In this document: positions 21,071 through 30,371 of the stretch, piece after piece | How the letters are laid out: each line of letters starts with the position of its first letter | How positions within the stretch are numbered: the first letter of the stretch is position 1 | NCBI GenBank assembly: GCA_020725605.1 | Contig: DYER01000026.1 | Span: 1-57,743, forward strand | From: Ammonifex sp. | GTDB lineage: Bacteria; Bacillota; Desulfotomaculia; Desulfotomaculales; DYER01 | DNA: 57,743 nucleotides | Direction of reading: 5' to 3' | Made by a program: the position numbers and the translations under genes | Notes under the pieces: generated by a model | Databases searched by the model: none | What the model saw: only the letters and a program-made list of their open reading frames with translations | Told to the model about the DNA's origin: nothing

Positions 21071-22213
21071 GTGGGCGGCAGGCGCGACTATTACGAGGTC
21101 CTGGGGGTCAGCCGGGACGCGAGCCAGGAAGAAATCAAGAAGGCCTATCGCAAGCTGGCGCGCCAGTATCACCCCGACGCCAATCCACAAGACAAGGACG
21201 CCGAGGCCAAATTCAAAGAGATTGCCGAAGCCTACGCCGTGTTGAGCGATCCCGAGAAGCGTGCCCAGTACGACCGTTTCGGCCACGCGGCCTTCCAGCA
21301 GGGCGGTGCCGGAGGGCCCGGTTTCGACTTCGACACCTTCGCCCGCCAGGGCTTCGGAGGATTCGACGATCTCTTCGACATGTTCTTCGAGGCCTTCGGA
21401 GGCGGGCGGGCCCGCACGCGGCCCCAAAAGGGCGCGGACCTGCGGGTGGACCTGGAACTCTCCTTCAAGGAAGCCGCCTTCGGCGTGGAAAAGGAAATCC
21501 AGGTACCGCGTTCCGAGAGGTGCGAGGTCTGCGGCGGCTCCGGCGCCGCGCCCGGGACCAAACCGGAAACCTGTCCCCTGTGCCGGGGTACCGGTCACGT
21601 ACAGTTCGCCCAGCAGACCATATTCGGCCGCATGGTCCAGACGCGTACCTGCGACCGCTGCCGCGGCGAGGGCCGCGTCATCACCCGGCCGTGCCCCAAC
21701 TGCCAGGGCAGCGGCCAGGTCCGGCGTACGCGCCGGATCCAGGTCAAGGTCCCCGCCGGCGTGGACGACGGTTTTCGCCTGCGGCTGGCGGGCGAGGGCG
21801 AGGCCGGCGCTTTGGGCGGACCGCCGGGAGACCTCTACGTCTACATCCACGTGCGGCCGCACCGTTTGTTTCAGCGTGACGGTCACGACATCTGGTGCGA
21901 GGTCAACGTTTCCTTTGTCCAGGCGGCCCTGGGGGACGAAATCAGGGTCCCCACCCTGGACGGGGAGACGATTTTGCGAATTCCCGAGGGCACGCAGACG
22001 GGTACGGTTTTCAGGCTCAAGGGCAAGGGTATTCCCTACCTCCACGGTCACGGGCGCGGTGACCAGCACGTGCGGGTAAAGGTGGTCACCCCCACGCGCC
22101 CCACCGAAAGGCAAAAGGAACTCCTGCGGGAGTTTGCCCGCCTGAGCGGCGAAGAGATGCCGCGGGAGGAGAAGGGCTTCTTCGGCCGCATGAAAGACGC
22201 CTTCATGGGTTAG
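21071..22213 (+). CDS. dnaJ: Chaperone DnaJ
   Basis: J domain with HPD, G/F region, four CxxCxGxG repeats. Confidence 0.99.
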   Translation: MGGRRDYYEVLGVSRDASQEEIKKAYRKLARQYHPDANPQDKDAEAKFKEIAEAYAVLSDPEKRAQYDRFGHAAFQQGGAGGPGFDFDTFARQGFGGFDDLFDMFFEAFGGGRARTRPQKGADLRVDLELSFKEAAFGVEKEIQVPRSERCEVCGGSGAAPGTKPETCPLCRGTGHVQFAQQTIFGRMVQTRTCDRCRGEGRVITRPCPNCQGSGQVRRTRRIQVKVPAGVDDGFRLRLAGEGEAGALGGPPGDLYVYIHVRPHRLFQRDGHDIWCEVNVSFVQAALGDEIRVPTLDGETILRIPEGTQTGTVFRLKGKGIPYLHGHGRGDQHVRVKVVTPTRPTERQKELLREFARLSGEEMPREEKGFFGRMKDAFMG

Positions 22214-22273
22214 GTGCCCCGCGATGGGGTCGGACCCCCAAACTTCCGGGCACGGCGGTGTGCGCAAGAGTCC

Positions 22274-23161
22274 ATGAAATGGCTTGAGGTTACCGTACGC
22301 GTAGTCCCCACCGAGGCAGAACTGGTGGGCAACGTCTTCCTGGAGCTGGGCAGTGGCGGGGTGGTTGTAGCAGACCCCGCCTCTGTTTTAGACCCCCGCC
22401 TGAGGGTGACCGGGTATTTTACGGTGGACCGGGATCTGCCGGCCAGAATGGCGGCTTTGCGCCGTTTCGTGGGCTCGGTTCTGAGGGGCGCCGGGATTGT
22501 GGTCCGCGAGGTGGACGCGGCCGGGTGGGCCAACTGGCGCGAGGTCTGGCGTCCGGTGGCCGTGGGCCGGCGGTTGCTGGTCAGGCCGCCCTGGGCGGCG
22601 GAGGCCGAGAACCGGCGCGCGGAACCCTGTGCTCCGGCCGGCACCGGCGGGCGTATCGTGGTGGAAATCGAGCCCGGCCCGGCCTTCGGGTACGACCACC
22701 CCACCACGATCCTGTGCCTCGAATTCCTGGAGGAGTGCGTCAGGGGCGGGGAGCGGGTGGCCGACGTGGGGACCGGATCCGGCATCCTGGCCATTGCCGC
22801 CGCGCGGCTGGGGGCGGCCCGGGTACTGGCGGTGGACTCGGATCCGGTGGCGGTGCGCGCCGCGCGGGAGAACGTGGCCCGGAACGGCGTGACGGCACTG
22901 GTTACGGTTTGCGAGGGATACCTGCTGGACGGGGTGAGGGGCCCCTTTGACCTCGTGGTGGCCAACCTGACCCTCGAGGCGATCGGGGAACTGTTGCCTG
23001 CGGCGGCCGGGGTGCTGGTGCCGGGGGGCCGGCTCATTGCCTCGGGCCTTGTGAGGTGCAGGCGGGACGAGGTATTCGGGGCCCTGGCCGGGGGAGGCTT
23101 CGGGCTGGCCGGGGAGCGGACCGCCGGCGGGTGGCTGGCTTTCGTTGCCGAACGGGGGTGA
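22274..23161 (+). CDS. prmA: Ribosomal protein L11 methyltransferase
   Basis: MKWLEV, PGPAFG..HPTT, DVGTGSGIL, DLVVANL; canonical position. Confidence 0.9.
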   Translation: MKWLEVTVRVVPTEAELVGNVFLELGSGGVVVADPASVLDPRLRVTGYFTVDRDLPARMAALRRFVGSVLRGAGIVVREVDAAGWANWREVWRPVAVGRRLLVRPPWAAEAENRRAEPCAPAGTGGRIVVEIEPGPAFGYDHPTTILCLEFLEECVRGGERVADVGTGSGILAIAAARLGAARVLAVDSDPVAVRAARENVARNGVTALVTVCEGYLLDGVRGPFDLVVANLTLEAIGELLPAAAGVLVPGGRLIASGLVRCRRDEVFGALAGGGFGLAGERTAGGWLAFVAERG

Positions 23162-23165
23162 GGCC

Positions 23166-23906
23166 GTGCCGCACTTTTTCGTGGCGCCGGAGGCCGTGGC
23201 GGACGGTCGGGTTTCAATCACCGGTCCGGACGTGCGCCACATTGCACGCGTGTTGCGGATGGGGCCCGGGGATTACCTCACGGTGTCGGACGGACGATTT
23301 TTCTACCGCGTGGAAATCAGGTCCGTCCGGCGGCAAGAGGTGGAGGCGGTGGTGCACGAACAGTGGGAGGCCGCCGTTGAGCCGCGTTACCGGGTACGGC
23401 TGGTCCAGGGGGTTCCGAAGGGGGATAAAATGGACTCCGTGGTACGGCAGGCCACCGAGGTGGGCGCGGTGGAGATCGTCCCCCTGCTCTCGAGGTACGT
23501 AATACCCGAGCGAGCCCCCGAGGTCTGGGACCGGCGGGTGGAGCGCTGGCGGCGCATCGCCCGTGAGGCCGCGAAAAGTAGCGGCCGGGCCGTGGTACCC
23601 CGCGTGCGGGAGCCGGCCGGATGGGAGGAGGTGCTCGCGCTGCTCGGGCCCGGGACTTTGGGTATACTACCCTGGGAACAGGCCGCGGGGCCGAGTTTGC
23701 GGCAGCTGTTGCACCGTCACCCGCTGCCCCGCGATATCTACGTTCTGATCGGGCCCGAGGGCGGGTTCGCGACCGAGGAAGTGGAGCGGGCACGGGCCGC
23801 CGGGGCGCTCATCGTCTCCCTTGGCCCGCGCCTGCTAAGGACCGAAACGGCCGGGCCCCTCACGGTGGGCCTGATCCTGTACGAGGTCGGCGACATGGGA
23901 GGCTAG
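23166..23906 (+). CDS. rsmE: 16S rRNA m3U1498 methyltransferase
   Basis: HIARVLR, KGDKMD, IGPEGG, LGPRLLRTETA. Confidence 0.96.
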   Translation: MPHFFVAPEAVADGRVSITGPDVRHIARVLRMGPGDYLTVSDGRFFYRVEIRSVRRQEVEAVVHEQWEAAVEPRYRVRLVQGVPKGDKMDSVVRQATEVGAVEIVPLLSRYVIPERAPEVWDRRVERWRRIAREAAKSSGRAVVPRVREPAGWEEVLALLGPGTLGILPWEQAAGPSLRQLLHRHPLPRDIYVLIGPEGGFATEEVERARAAGALIVSLGPRLLRTETAGPLTVGLILYEVGDMGG

Positions 23907-23911
23907 GGTTT

Positions 23912-25252
23912 TTGCGCAGAGTCAGCATATGCACCCTGGGATGCAAGGCTAATCAGGCGGACTCGGCCGCCCTGGCCGGGCTCTTTCGGGAGCGCGGCTA
24001 CGAGGTGGTGGAGTTTCCGGCGCCCGCCGACGTGTACGTAATCAACACGTGTACGGTCACGCATCTGGGAGACAAGAAGTCGCGCCAGATGATCCGCCGT
24101 GCGGTCCGCGCCAACCCCGACGCGGTGGTGGTGGTGACGGGGTGCTACGCCCAGGTGGCGCCGGAGGCCGTGGCCGGCCTGCCCGGCGTACGGCTGGTGG
24201 TGGGCACCGCGGACCGCGGGCAACTGGTGGACCTGGTGGAACAGGTGGCGCGTACCGGGCGGCCCCGCGTGCTGGTGGGGGATCCTCGCCGCCGGCGGGA
24301 ATTCGAAGAATTGGGGCCGGCTTTCTTTGATACGCGGGCCCGGGCCTGGGTGAAGATCCAGGACGGGTGCGATAATTCTTGCACCTACTGCATCGTGCCG
24401 CGGGCCAGGGGACCGGTGCGGAGTCGCCGGCCCGAGGGCGTGCTGCGCGAGGTCCAGCGCCTGATAGGGGAAGGGTACAGGGAGATCGTGCTGACCGGCA
24501 TCCACATCGGCGCCTACGGCCAGGACCTGGGGGATGCGGGCCTGGTGGACCTCCTGCGCCGGCTGATAAACCTGCCGGGCTTAAAGCGCCTGCGGCTCAG
24601 TTCCATCGAACCCCCCGAGGTGACTCCGGAACTGATCCACTTCATGGCGGACTCTCCCGTCATCTGCCGGCACCTTCACATTCCCCTGCAGAGTGCCGAC
24701 GACGGGATTTTGCTCCGCATGGGACGCCGCTACACCGGTGAGGAGTATCGCCGGCTGGTGGAGGCAATTAAAGGGCGGATTCCCGGCGTGGCCATTACCA
24801 CGGACGTCATGGTGGGTTTTCCCGGGGAGGACGAGGACGCCTTCCGGCGCACCAGGGAGTTCGTGGAAACCGTGGGCTTCGCCCGCACCCACGTTTTCCA
24901 GTACTCGCGGCGGCCGGGCACGCCCGCGGCCGGCTTTGCGGACCAGGTTCCACCCGCGGTCAAGGAGGAGCGCAGCCGGGAGATGATCGCCGTGGCGGCG
25001 CGTGCGGCCCGCCGTTTCGCGGAGCAATTCGTGGGAGCCACCATGGAGGTGCTGGTAGAGAGGTCGAGGGATCGGGGCTGGTGGGAGGGTCTGACCGACA
25101 ACTACCTGCGCGTCCTGTTCCGGAACGGTGAGCAGCTGGAGGGCCAACTGGTGGCCGTACGGTTGATCGGCCTCGCCGGTACGGTTTTACTGGGTGAAGG
25201 GTGCGAAAAAGGGACTGACCGGGGGAGGAATTGCGGCGGCGCCGTTGAATAG
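23912..25252 (+). CDS. mtaB: tRNA threonylcarbamoyladenosine methylthiotransferase
   Basis: TLGCKANQ, INTCTVT, KIQDGCDNSCTYC radical SAM motif, GLTDNY. Confidence 0.96.
   Translation: MRRVSICTLGCKANQADSAALAGLFRERGYEVVEFPAPADVYVINTCTVTHLGDKKSRQMIRRAVRANPDAVVVVTGCYAQVAPEAVAGLPGVRLVVGTADRGQLVDLVEQVARTGRPRVLVGDPRRRREFEELGPAFFDTRARAWVKIQDGCDNSCTYCIVPRARGPVRSRRPEGVLREVQRLIGEGYREIVLTGIHIGAYGQDLGDAGLVDLLRRLINLPGLKRLRLSSIEPPEVTPELIHFMADSPVICRHLHIPLQSADDGILLRMGRRYTGEEYRRLVEAIKGRIPGVAITTDVMVGFPGEDEDAFRRTREFVETVGFARTHVFQYSRRPGTPAAGFADQVPPAVKEERSREMIAVAARAARRFAEQFVGATMEVLVERSRDRGWWEGLTDNYLRVLFRNGEQLEGQLVAVRLIGLAGTVLLGEGCEKGTDRGRNCGGAVE
25224..25250 (+). promoter_or_regulatory. SigH-like promoter for HIT-rpsU
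   Basis: ggAGGAatt...ttGAAT, 17 nt spacing. Confidence 0.5.
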
Positions 25253-25279
25253 AATGTTAGACCCGGGGGAGGTAGGGGA

Positions 25280-25624
25280 ATGAATTCCTGCATCTTCTGT
25301 CAGATCGTACAGAAGGAGATTCCGGCCGAGATCCTGTACGAGGACGACCGGCTGATCGTATTCAGGGATATCAAACCCACGGCGCCGGTGCACCTCCTTT
25401 TCGTTCCCAAAAAGCACATCCCGACCCTGATGGACCTGACCGAGGAAGATGCCCAGGTTATCGGTCACCTGCATTTGGTGTCCACCCGGCTGGCCCGGGA
25501 ATTGGGATTGGTCGGCCGCGGTTTCCGCATGGTGACCAACTACGAGAAGGACGGCGGCCAGCTCATCTACCATCTTCACTACCACTTCCTGGGAGGACGC
25601 CCCCTGCAGTGGCCACCGGGTTAG
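25280..25624 (+). CDS. Histidine triad nucleotide-binding protein (HinT type)
   Basis: [27 protein letters not shown]. Confidence 0.95.
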   Translation: MNSCIFCQIVQKEIPAEILYEDDRLIVFRDIKPTAPVHLLFVPKKHIPTLMDLTEEDAQVIGHLHLVSTRLARELGLVGRGFRMVTNYEKDGGQLIYHLHYHFLGGRPLQWPPG

Positions 25625-25658
25625 GGGAGAGCAAGTACGCACGGGGGGAGGGACGGTA

Positions 25659-25835
25659 ATGGCGGAAGTCCGGGTTGGCAAAGACGAGACGCTCGACCAA
25701 GCCCTCCGTCGCTTTAAGCGCTCCTGCCAGCGGGCAGGGGTTTTTGCCGAGGCCAGGCGCCACGAGCATTACGAACCGCCGAGCGTGCGCCGCAAGAAAA
25801 AGTCGGAGGCCGCCCGCAAACGACGGTATCGCTAG
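25659..25835 (+). CDS. rpsU: 30S ribosomal protein S21 (58 aa, not in ORF track)
   Basis: [58 protein letters not shown]; RBS GGGAGG. Confidence 0.97.
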   Translation: MAEVRVGKDETLDQALRRFKRSCQRAGVFAEARRHEHYEPPSVRRKKKSEAARKRRYR

Positions 25836-25874
25836 TCCAGGTACCGGCGCGGCTGTTTTCACGGGTTTAACTCG

Positions 25875-25908
25875 GGCGGGGACCCCGCGGGGGCTCCGCC
25901 GTGTTTTT
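25875..25908 (+). terminator. Probable intrinsic terminator after rpsU
   Basis: GGCGGGG..CCCC/GGGG..CTCCGCC stem followed by GTGTTTTT. Confidence 0.55.
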
Positions 25909-25929
25909 CGTCCGGGGAGAGGTTTAGCC

Positions 25930-26409
25930 GTGCCCCGCACCTGCGCGTTCTGCAAAATCGTCCACGGGGAGGCGCAAGCCTACATCGTATTCGAAGACGA
26001 ACTTTCCCTGGCTTTTCTGGACCTGCGGCCGCTCTTCCCGGGTCATTTGCTGCTGGTTCCCAGGGAGCACTACCAGACCCTGGTCGACCTGCCCCCTTCT
26101 TTTGTCGCACCTCTGTTTGCCAACGTGCGCCTGCTGGCTCGGGCGGTGGAGGAGGGCCTGGGGGCCCAGGGTTCCTTCGTGGCCATCAACAACCGGGTGA
26201 GCCAGAGCGTGCCGCACCTGCACATCCACGTGGTACCCCGGCAAAAGAAAGACGGACTGCGGGGCTTTTTCTGGCCCCGACGGCGATACAGGGACAGGGA
26301 AGCCATCCTGGAGGTACAGACCGCCTTGCGTTCCGCCATAAATCGGCTGCGGACCCCGCAGGTGGGGGCGGTGGGGGACGGTCCAAACGGCCGTGGGCCG
26401 CTGGTCTAA
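25930..26409 (+). CDS. Second HIT-family protein
   Basis: CAFC, LDLRPLFPGH, QSVPHLHIHVVPR. Confidence 0.92.
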   Translation: MPRTCAFCKIVHGEAQAYIVFEDELSLAFLDLRPLFPGHLLLVPREHYQTLVDLPPSFVAPLFANVRLLARAVEEGLGAQGSFVAINNRVSQSVPHLHIHVVPRQKKDGLRGFFWPRRRYRDREAILEVQTALRSAINRLRTPQVGAVGDGPNGRGPLV

Positions 26410-26451
26410 ACCGGCGATTGCCGGGGCACCTTAGTTCCGGGGGATCTGGCC

Positions 26452-26742
26452 ATGGAAGATGGGGTGCTCCGGTTGTTTGCGGAAAGGGTTAAGGCCCTGA
26501 CCCTGGCCATGGAAAAGATGAAGCTGGCCGAGTACGTCAATCTGCTCGAGCGGCCGTGGCGGCTGATGTACATTAACTTCCTGGCCGGGCTGGCGCGCGG
26601 GGTGGGCACGGCGGTGGGCTTCACGCTACTCGCCGCCCTGGTGGTATATATTCTGCGGTGGCTGGTAATGCTCCATTTACCGGGTATCAGCGGCTTCATC
26701 GCCGAAATCGTGCGTATGGTCCAGCTGCGCCTGGGATACTAA
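26452..26742 (+). CDS. DUF5665-like membrane protein
   Basis: LAEYV.LL..P.R....NFLAGLARGVG..VG. Confidence 0.8.
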   Translation: MEDGVLRLFAERVKALTLAMEKMKLAEYVNLLERPWRLMYINFLAGLARGVGTAVGFTLLAALVVYILRWLVMLHLPGISGFIAEIVRMVQLRLGY

Positions 26743-26762
26743 GGCCGGGGGGGCCAGAGGCT

Positions 26763-27365
26763 TTGGATCTGGAACGCTTGAAAAGGATGTTGCTTCAGGA
26801 GAAACAGGAACTAACAAGGCGCCTCGAGGCGCTTGAGGAGGGACTCCACACCACCCTGGGGAGTTCCGTGGGCGAACTCTCGACTTACGACAACCACCCG
26901 GGCGATATCGCCACCGAGACCGCCGAACGGAGCAAGGACCTGGCGCTGCGGGAGGACGTTCAGGACCGGCTGGTCGCCGTGGAAAACGCCCTGCAGAAGA
27001 TGGCGGAGGGGACCTACGGACGGTGTGACCTCTGCGGAGGGCAGATTTCCGAGGCCCGCCTGGCCGCCATTCCCTATGCTAACTTTTGCTACGGGTGCCA
27101 GCTTGAGGTGGAGAGGAGCATCCTGCCGCGACGCCGGCCGGTAGAGGAAGGGATCCTGCGCTACGACCTCCGTTTTCCCGCGGGCCCGGGCACGGGTGGT
27201 GTCGGGTACGACGGTGAGGACGCCTGGGAAGACGTGGCCCGCCACGGCCTCTCTTATGAGGGCCAGCGCTACGATGACGACGACCGGGGGTTCGTGGACG
27301 CGGTGGACGGCATACCCTACCGCAAGGAGAACGGAATGTTTTTCGGCGTGGAAGGCCCGGGGTAG
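26763..27365 (+). CDS. TraR/DksA C4 zinc-finger protein (YteA-like)
   Basis: ELSTYDNHPGD, GTYGRCDLC, RLAAIPYA..CYGC, YDGEDAW. Confidence 0.9.
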   Translation: MDLERLKRMLLQEKQELTRRLEALEEGLHTTLGSSVGELSTYDNHPGDIATETAERSKDLALREDVQDRLVAVENALQKMAEGTYGRCDLCGGQISEARLAAIPYANFCYGCQLEVERSILPRRRPVEEGILRYDLRFPAGPGTGGVGYDGEDAWEDVARHGLSYEGQRYDDDDRGFVDAVDGIPYRKENGMFFGVEGPG

Positions 27366-27381
27366 ATTAAGGGGCGTCTTG

Positions 27382-28266
27382 ATGGTGGATGACTATCTGG
27401 TTAGGGCCATAGATGAGGGGCGGCAGGCCCGGGTTTTCGCGGTCCGCAGCACCCATGTCGTGGAGGAAGCACGCCGGCGCCACGGCACCCGGCCGGTAGC
27501 CACGGCGGCCCTGGGGCGGGCCCTGTCGGCGGGCCTCCTTCTGGGGGCCAACCTGAAAGGCGAGGACCTGCTGACGCTGCGCATCCTCGGGGACGGCCCC
27601 CTCGGTGCCGTTGTGGTGACGGCGGACGCCCGGGGCAACGTGCGCGGTTACGTACAGAATCCCGGCGTGGACCTGCCCCCCACGGCGGAGGGCAAGCTCG
27701 CCGTGGGGGCAGCTGTGGGCCGGGGCTACCTTTACGTCACCCGGGATCTGGGTTTCGGGGCTCCGTTTACCGGAGGGGCGGCCCTGATCAGCGGGGAGAT
27801 CGCCGCGGACCTGACCCACTATCTGGCGACCTCGGAGCAGACCCCCTCGGCGGTGGTGCTGGGGGTGCGGGTGGGGGCCGCCGGCGAGGTGGTCGGCGCA
27901 GGGGGCCTTCTGGTCCAGCTGTTCCCGGACCCTTCCGAGGACCTGGCGGCCCGGTTGGAGGAAAACCTGCAGGGGCTGAGGGAGATATCCGCCCTTCTGG
28001 CCGGGGGGGTAACCCCGGAAGAGCTGGTGGCCCGGGTGCTGGCCCCTGAAGTGCCGACCATACTCGGACGTACCCCGGTGCGCTTTGCGTGTACCTGCAA
28101 CCGGGAAAAGGTGGCGGATCTGCTGGCGGCGCTGGGCGAGGAGGAGCTGTCGGCTCTCGCCCGCGAACGCTCCGAAATCCTCGTGCGCTGCCACTTTTGC
28201 GGTGAAGAATACCGGTTCGGGCGAGCGGAAGCCCTGGAGGTTCTGAAGCCCATGAAGGCGGAGTGA
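27382..28266 (+). CDS. hslO: Hsp33 redox-regulated chaperone
   Basis: GDGPLG, SGEIA.DL..Y...SEQTPS, CTC...CHFC. Confidence 0.96.
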   Translation: MVDDYLVRAIDEGRQARVFAVRSTHVVEEARRRHGTRPVATAALGRALSAGLLLGANLKGEDLLTLRILGDGPLGAVVVTADARGNVRGYVQNPGVDLPPTAEGKLAVGAAVGRGYLYVTRDLGFGAPFTGGAALISGEIAADLTHYLATSEQTPSAVVLGVRVGAAGEVVGAGGLLVQLFPDPSEDLAARLEENLQGLREISALLAGGVTPEELVARVLAPEVPTILGRTPVRFACTCNREKVADLLAALGEEELSALARERSEILVRCHFCGEEYRFGRAEALEVLKPMKAE

Positions 28267-28679
28267 TGCCGGTGGAAGGCAGCGGTTACTGGCGGAGGGC
28301 CGAAGCCCTCCTGGAAGAGGCCCGGGATATGGCGGGCGCGGGAGACTACTCGGGCGCCGTACGTAAGTGCGAAGAGGCGGTGGGCCTCGCGTTGGGCGGC
28401 CTGCTGGCGGTGGCCGGCCACGGGGCTCCCACCACCCTGACCGCGGCCCGGGGCATCGTAACCGGAGATCTGGTGCGTCGGGGCTGGCTGAAAGAGCCGG
28501 CCGCCAGGCAGCTGGCCGGCCATCTGGAAGAGCTGAGCCTGATCTTCGAACCGGGTCCCGGCGAATTCACGCGGGAGGAAGCGGAAGAAGCACTGTGGGA
28601 GGCCGGATGGGTACTGGACCTCACCTTTGCCGCGGCCCTGCCGCGGCTTCTCATGGAGGAGGGCGTCGACGCGGACTGA
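28266..28679 (+). CDS. HEPN-domain protein (stand-alone, degenerate)
   Basis: W..A...L..A......Y..A....EA...AL..LL and T.EEAEEAL..A helical pattern. Confidence 0.65.
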   Translation: MPVEGSGYWRRAEALLEEARDMAGAGDYSGAVRKCEEAVGLALGGLLAVAGHGAPTTLTAARGIVTGDLVRRGWLKEPAARQLAGHLEELSLIFEPGPGEFTREEAEEALWEAGWVLDLTFAAALPRLLMEEGVDAD

Positions 28680-28693
28680 TGGAAACCGCGCCA

Positions 28694-28723
28694 TTGACGG
28701 AGGTTCGCGAAACGGCGTATAAT
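28694..28723 (+). promoter_or_regulatory. SigA promoter for htrA
   Basis: TTGACG-18-TATAAT. Confidence 0.7.
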
Positions 28724-28770
28724 TGGGTCCCAGCAGCACATGTTGCGGGACAGGCATTGGGGGCGAAAGC

Positions 28771-29937
28771 ATGGCGAGGGATTGGAAGCGCGGACTGTTG
28801 TTTGCCGCCGTACTGGCCTTCGTGGCGGCCCTGGTTTTCACCGGGACGAACTTGCTGCTGGGGGCGGCGCTCGCGCCTGTCAAGAACGCGGTTCAGGGGG
28901 ACGCCACCATCACCAGGGCCAGCGCCAGTCCGCCGGGGGTGGGGCCGGAGACCATCGCCGACATCGTGGACCGGGCCGGGCCGGCGGTGGTGAAGATCGA
29001 CACCCTGGTGGTCAGCCAGGACACGCGGTGGGACCCCTTCTTCAACGACCCGTTTTTCCGGGAATTCTTCGGCCAGCAGCTGGTACCCCGCCAGCGCCTG
29101 GAGCCCGGGCTGGGGTCCGGTTTCATTATTTCCGAGGACGGCTACATCCTGACCAACGAACACGTCATCGACCAGGCGCGGGAAATAAAGGTCACGATCA
29201 AGGGTTTCGAGCAGCCCTTTCCGGCCCGGGTGGTGGGGGCTGACTATGACCTGGACCTGGCGGTGCTGAAGATCGAGGCCCCGCAGAAGCTGCCGGTGTT
29301 GAATCTGGGTGACTCGGACCGTGTGCGCGTGGGGGACTGGGTGATCGCCATCGGGAATCCCTACGGACTGGACCACACGGTGACCGTGGGTGTGATCAGC
29401 GCCACCGGGCGCCCGGTGACGGTGGAGGGCAGGCGCTACAAGAACCTCCTCCAGACCGACGCCTCCATCAACCCGGGTAACAGCGGGGGCCCGCTGCTCA
29501 ACCTGCAGGGAGAGGTCGTGGGCATCAATACGGCCGTCAACGTCAAGGCCCAGGGCATCGGGTTCGCCATTCCCACCAGCACGGTGAAGGCGGTGCTCAA
29601 CGATCTGATCCAGAACGGAAGGATCGTCCGGCCGTGGCTGGGGGTGCAGGTCGGCCCGGTGGACGAGGAAGTGGCCCGGCGCCTCGGGCTTCCGGCCGCG
29701 GAAGGGGCCCTGGTGGTGGGAGTGGTGCCCGGCAGCCCGGCCCAGCGGGCGGGCATCAGGCAGTACGACGTGTTCGTGGAGTTCAACGGTCGCGGGATAA
29801 AGACCCCCGACGACCTGGTGAACGCCATCCGTGAGGCCGGGGTGGGGCAGACCATTACGGCGGTCCTTTACCGCAACGGACAGCGGCTGCAGGTCAGCCT
29901 GGTGGTGAACGAACGGCCCGCCTCTTGGAGGGGCTAG
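28771..29937 (+). CDS. htrA: HtrA/DegP-like serine protease with one PDZ domain
   Basis: GSGFII..TNEHV, DLAVLK, QTDASINPGNSGGPL, RPWLGV. Confidence 0.95.
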   Translation: MARDWKRGLLFAAVLAFVAALVFTGTNLLLGAALAPVKNAVQGDATITRASASPPGVGPETIADIVDRAGPAVVKIDTLVVSQDTRWDPFFNDPFFREFFGQQLVPRQRLEPGLGSGFIISEDGYILTNEHVIDQAREIKVTIKGFEQPFPARVVGADYDLDLAVLKIEAPQKLPVLNLGDSDRVRVGDWVIAIGNPYGLDHTVTVGVISATGRPVTVEGRRYKNLLQTDASINPGNSGGPLLNLQGEVVGINTAVNVKAQGIGFAIPTSTVKAVLNDLIQNGRIVRPWLGVQVGPVDEEVARRLGLPAAEGALVVGVVPGSPAQRAGIRQYDVFVEFNGRGIKTPDDLVNAIREAGVGQTITAVLYRNGQRLQVSLVVNERPASWRG

Positions 29938-29942
29938 CGGCC

Positions 29943-30371
29943 TTGGCGGACCTACCCCCCGCACTGGCGGCGGAACTGGAAAGGGCCTTTCGCACCCATC
30001 CCTTTGGAGGGCTGATGGGGATCAGGCTGGCGTCCGCGGGGATCGGGCGTGCGATGCTTACCTTCACGGCCTCGCCCCACCAGGCCAACCTCCACGGCAC
30101 CCTGCACGGCGGGGCCATCGCCACCCTGCTGGACATGGCCATGGGCGCGGCGGTGTACACCCTGAACGTCAGGGCCGTGACCGTGGAACTGGTGGTCACC
30201 TATCTGGCGCCGGCAAATCCCGGAGAGCTGGTCACGGCCACCGGGGAAGTGACGCACCGGGGGCGGCGCATCATCGTGGCCCAGAGTACGGCCCGGGGGC
30301 CCGCCGGAACGGTGGCCAGGGGCCACGGTCTGTATTTGCCGCGCGGTTCCGTTCTCGAGTTTGAGTCTTAA
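29943..30371 (+). CDS. PaaI-family thioesterase
   Basis: N..GTLHGGAIATLLD.AMG hotdog motif. Confidence 0.9.
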   Translation: MADLPPALAAELERAFRTHPFGGLMGIRLASAGIGRAMLTFTASPHQANLHGTLHGGAIATLLDMAMGAAVYTLNVRAVTVELVVTYLAPANPGELVTATGEVTHRGRRIIVAQSTARGPAGTVARGHGLYLPRGSVLEFES

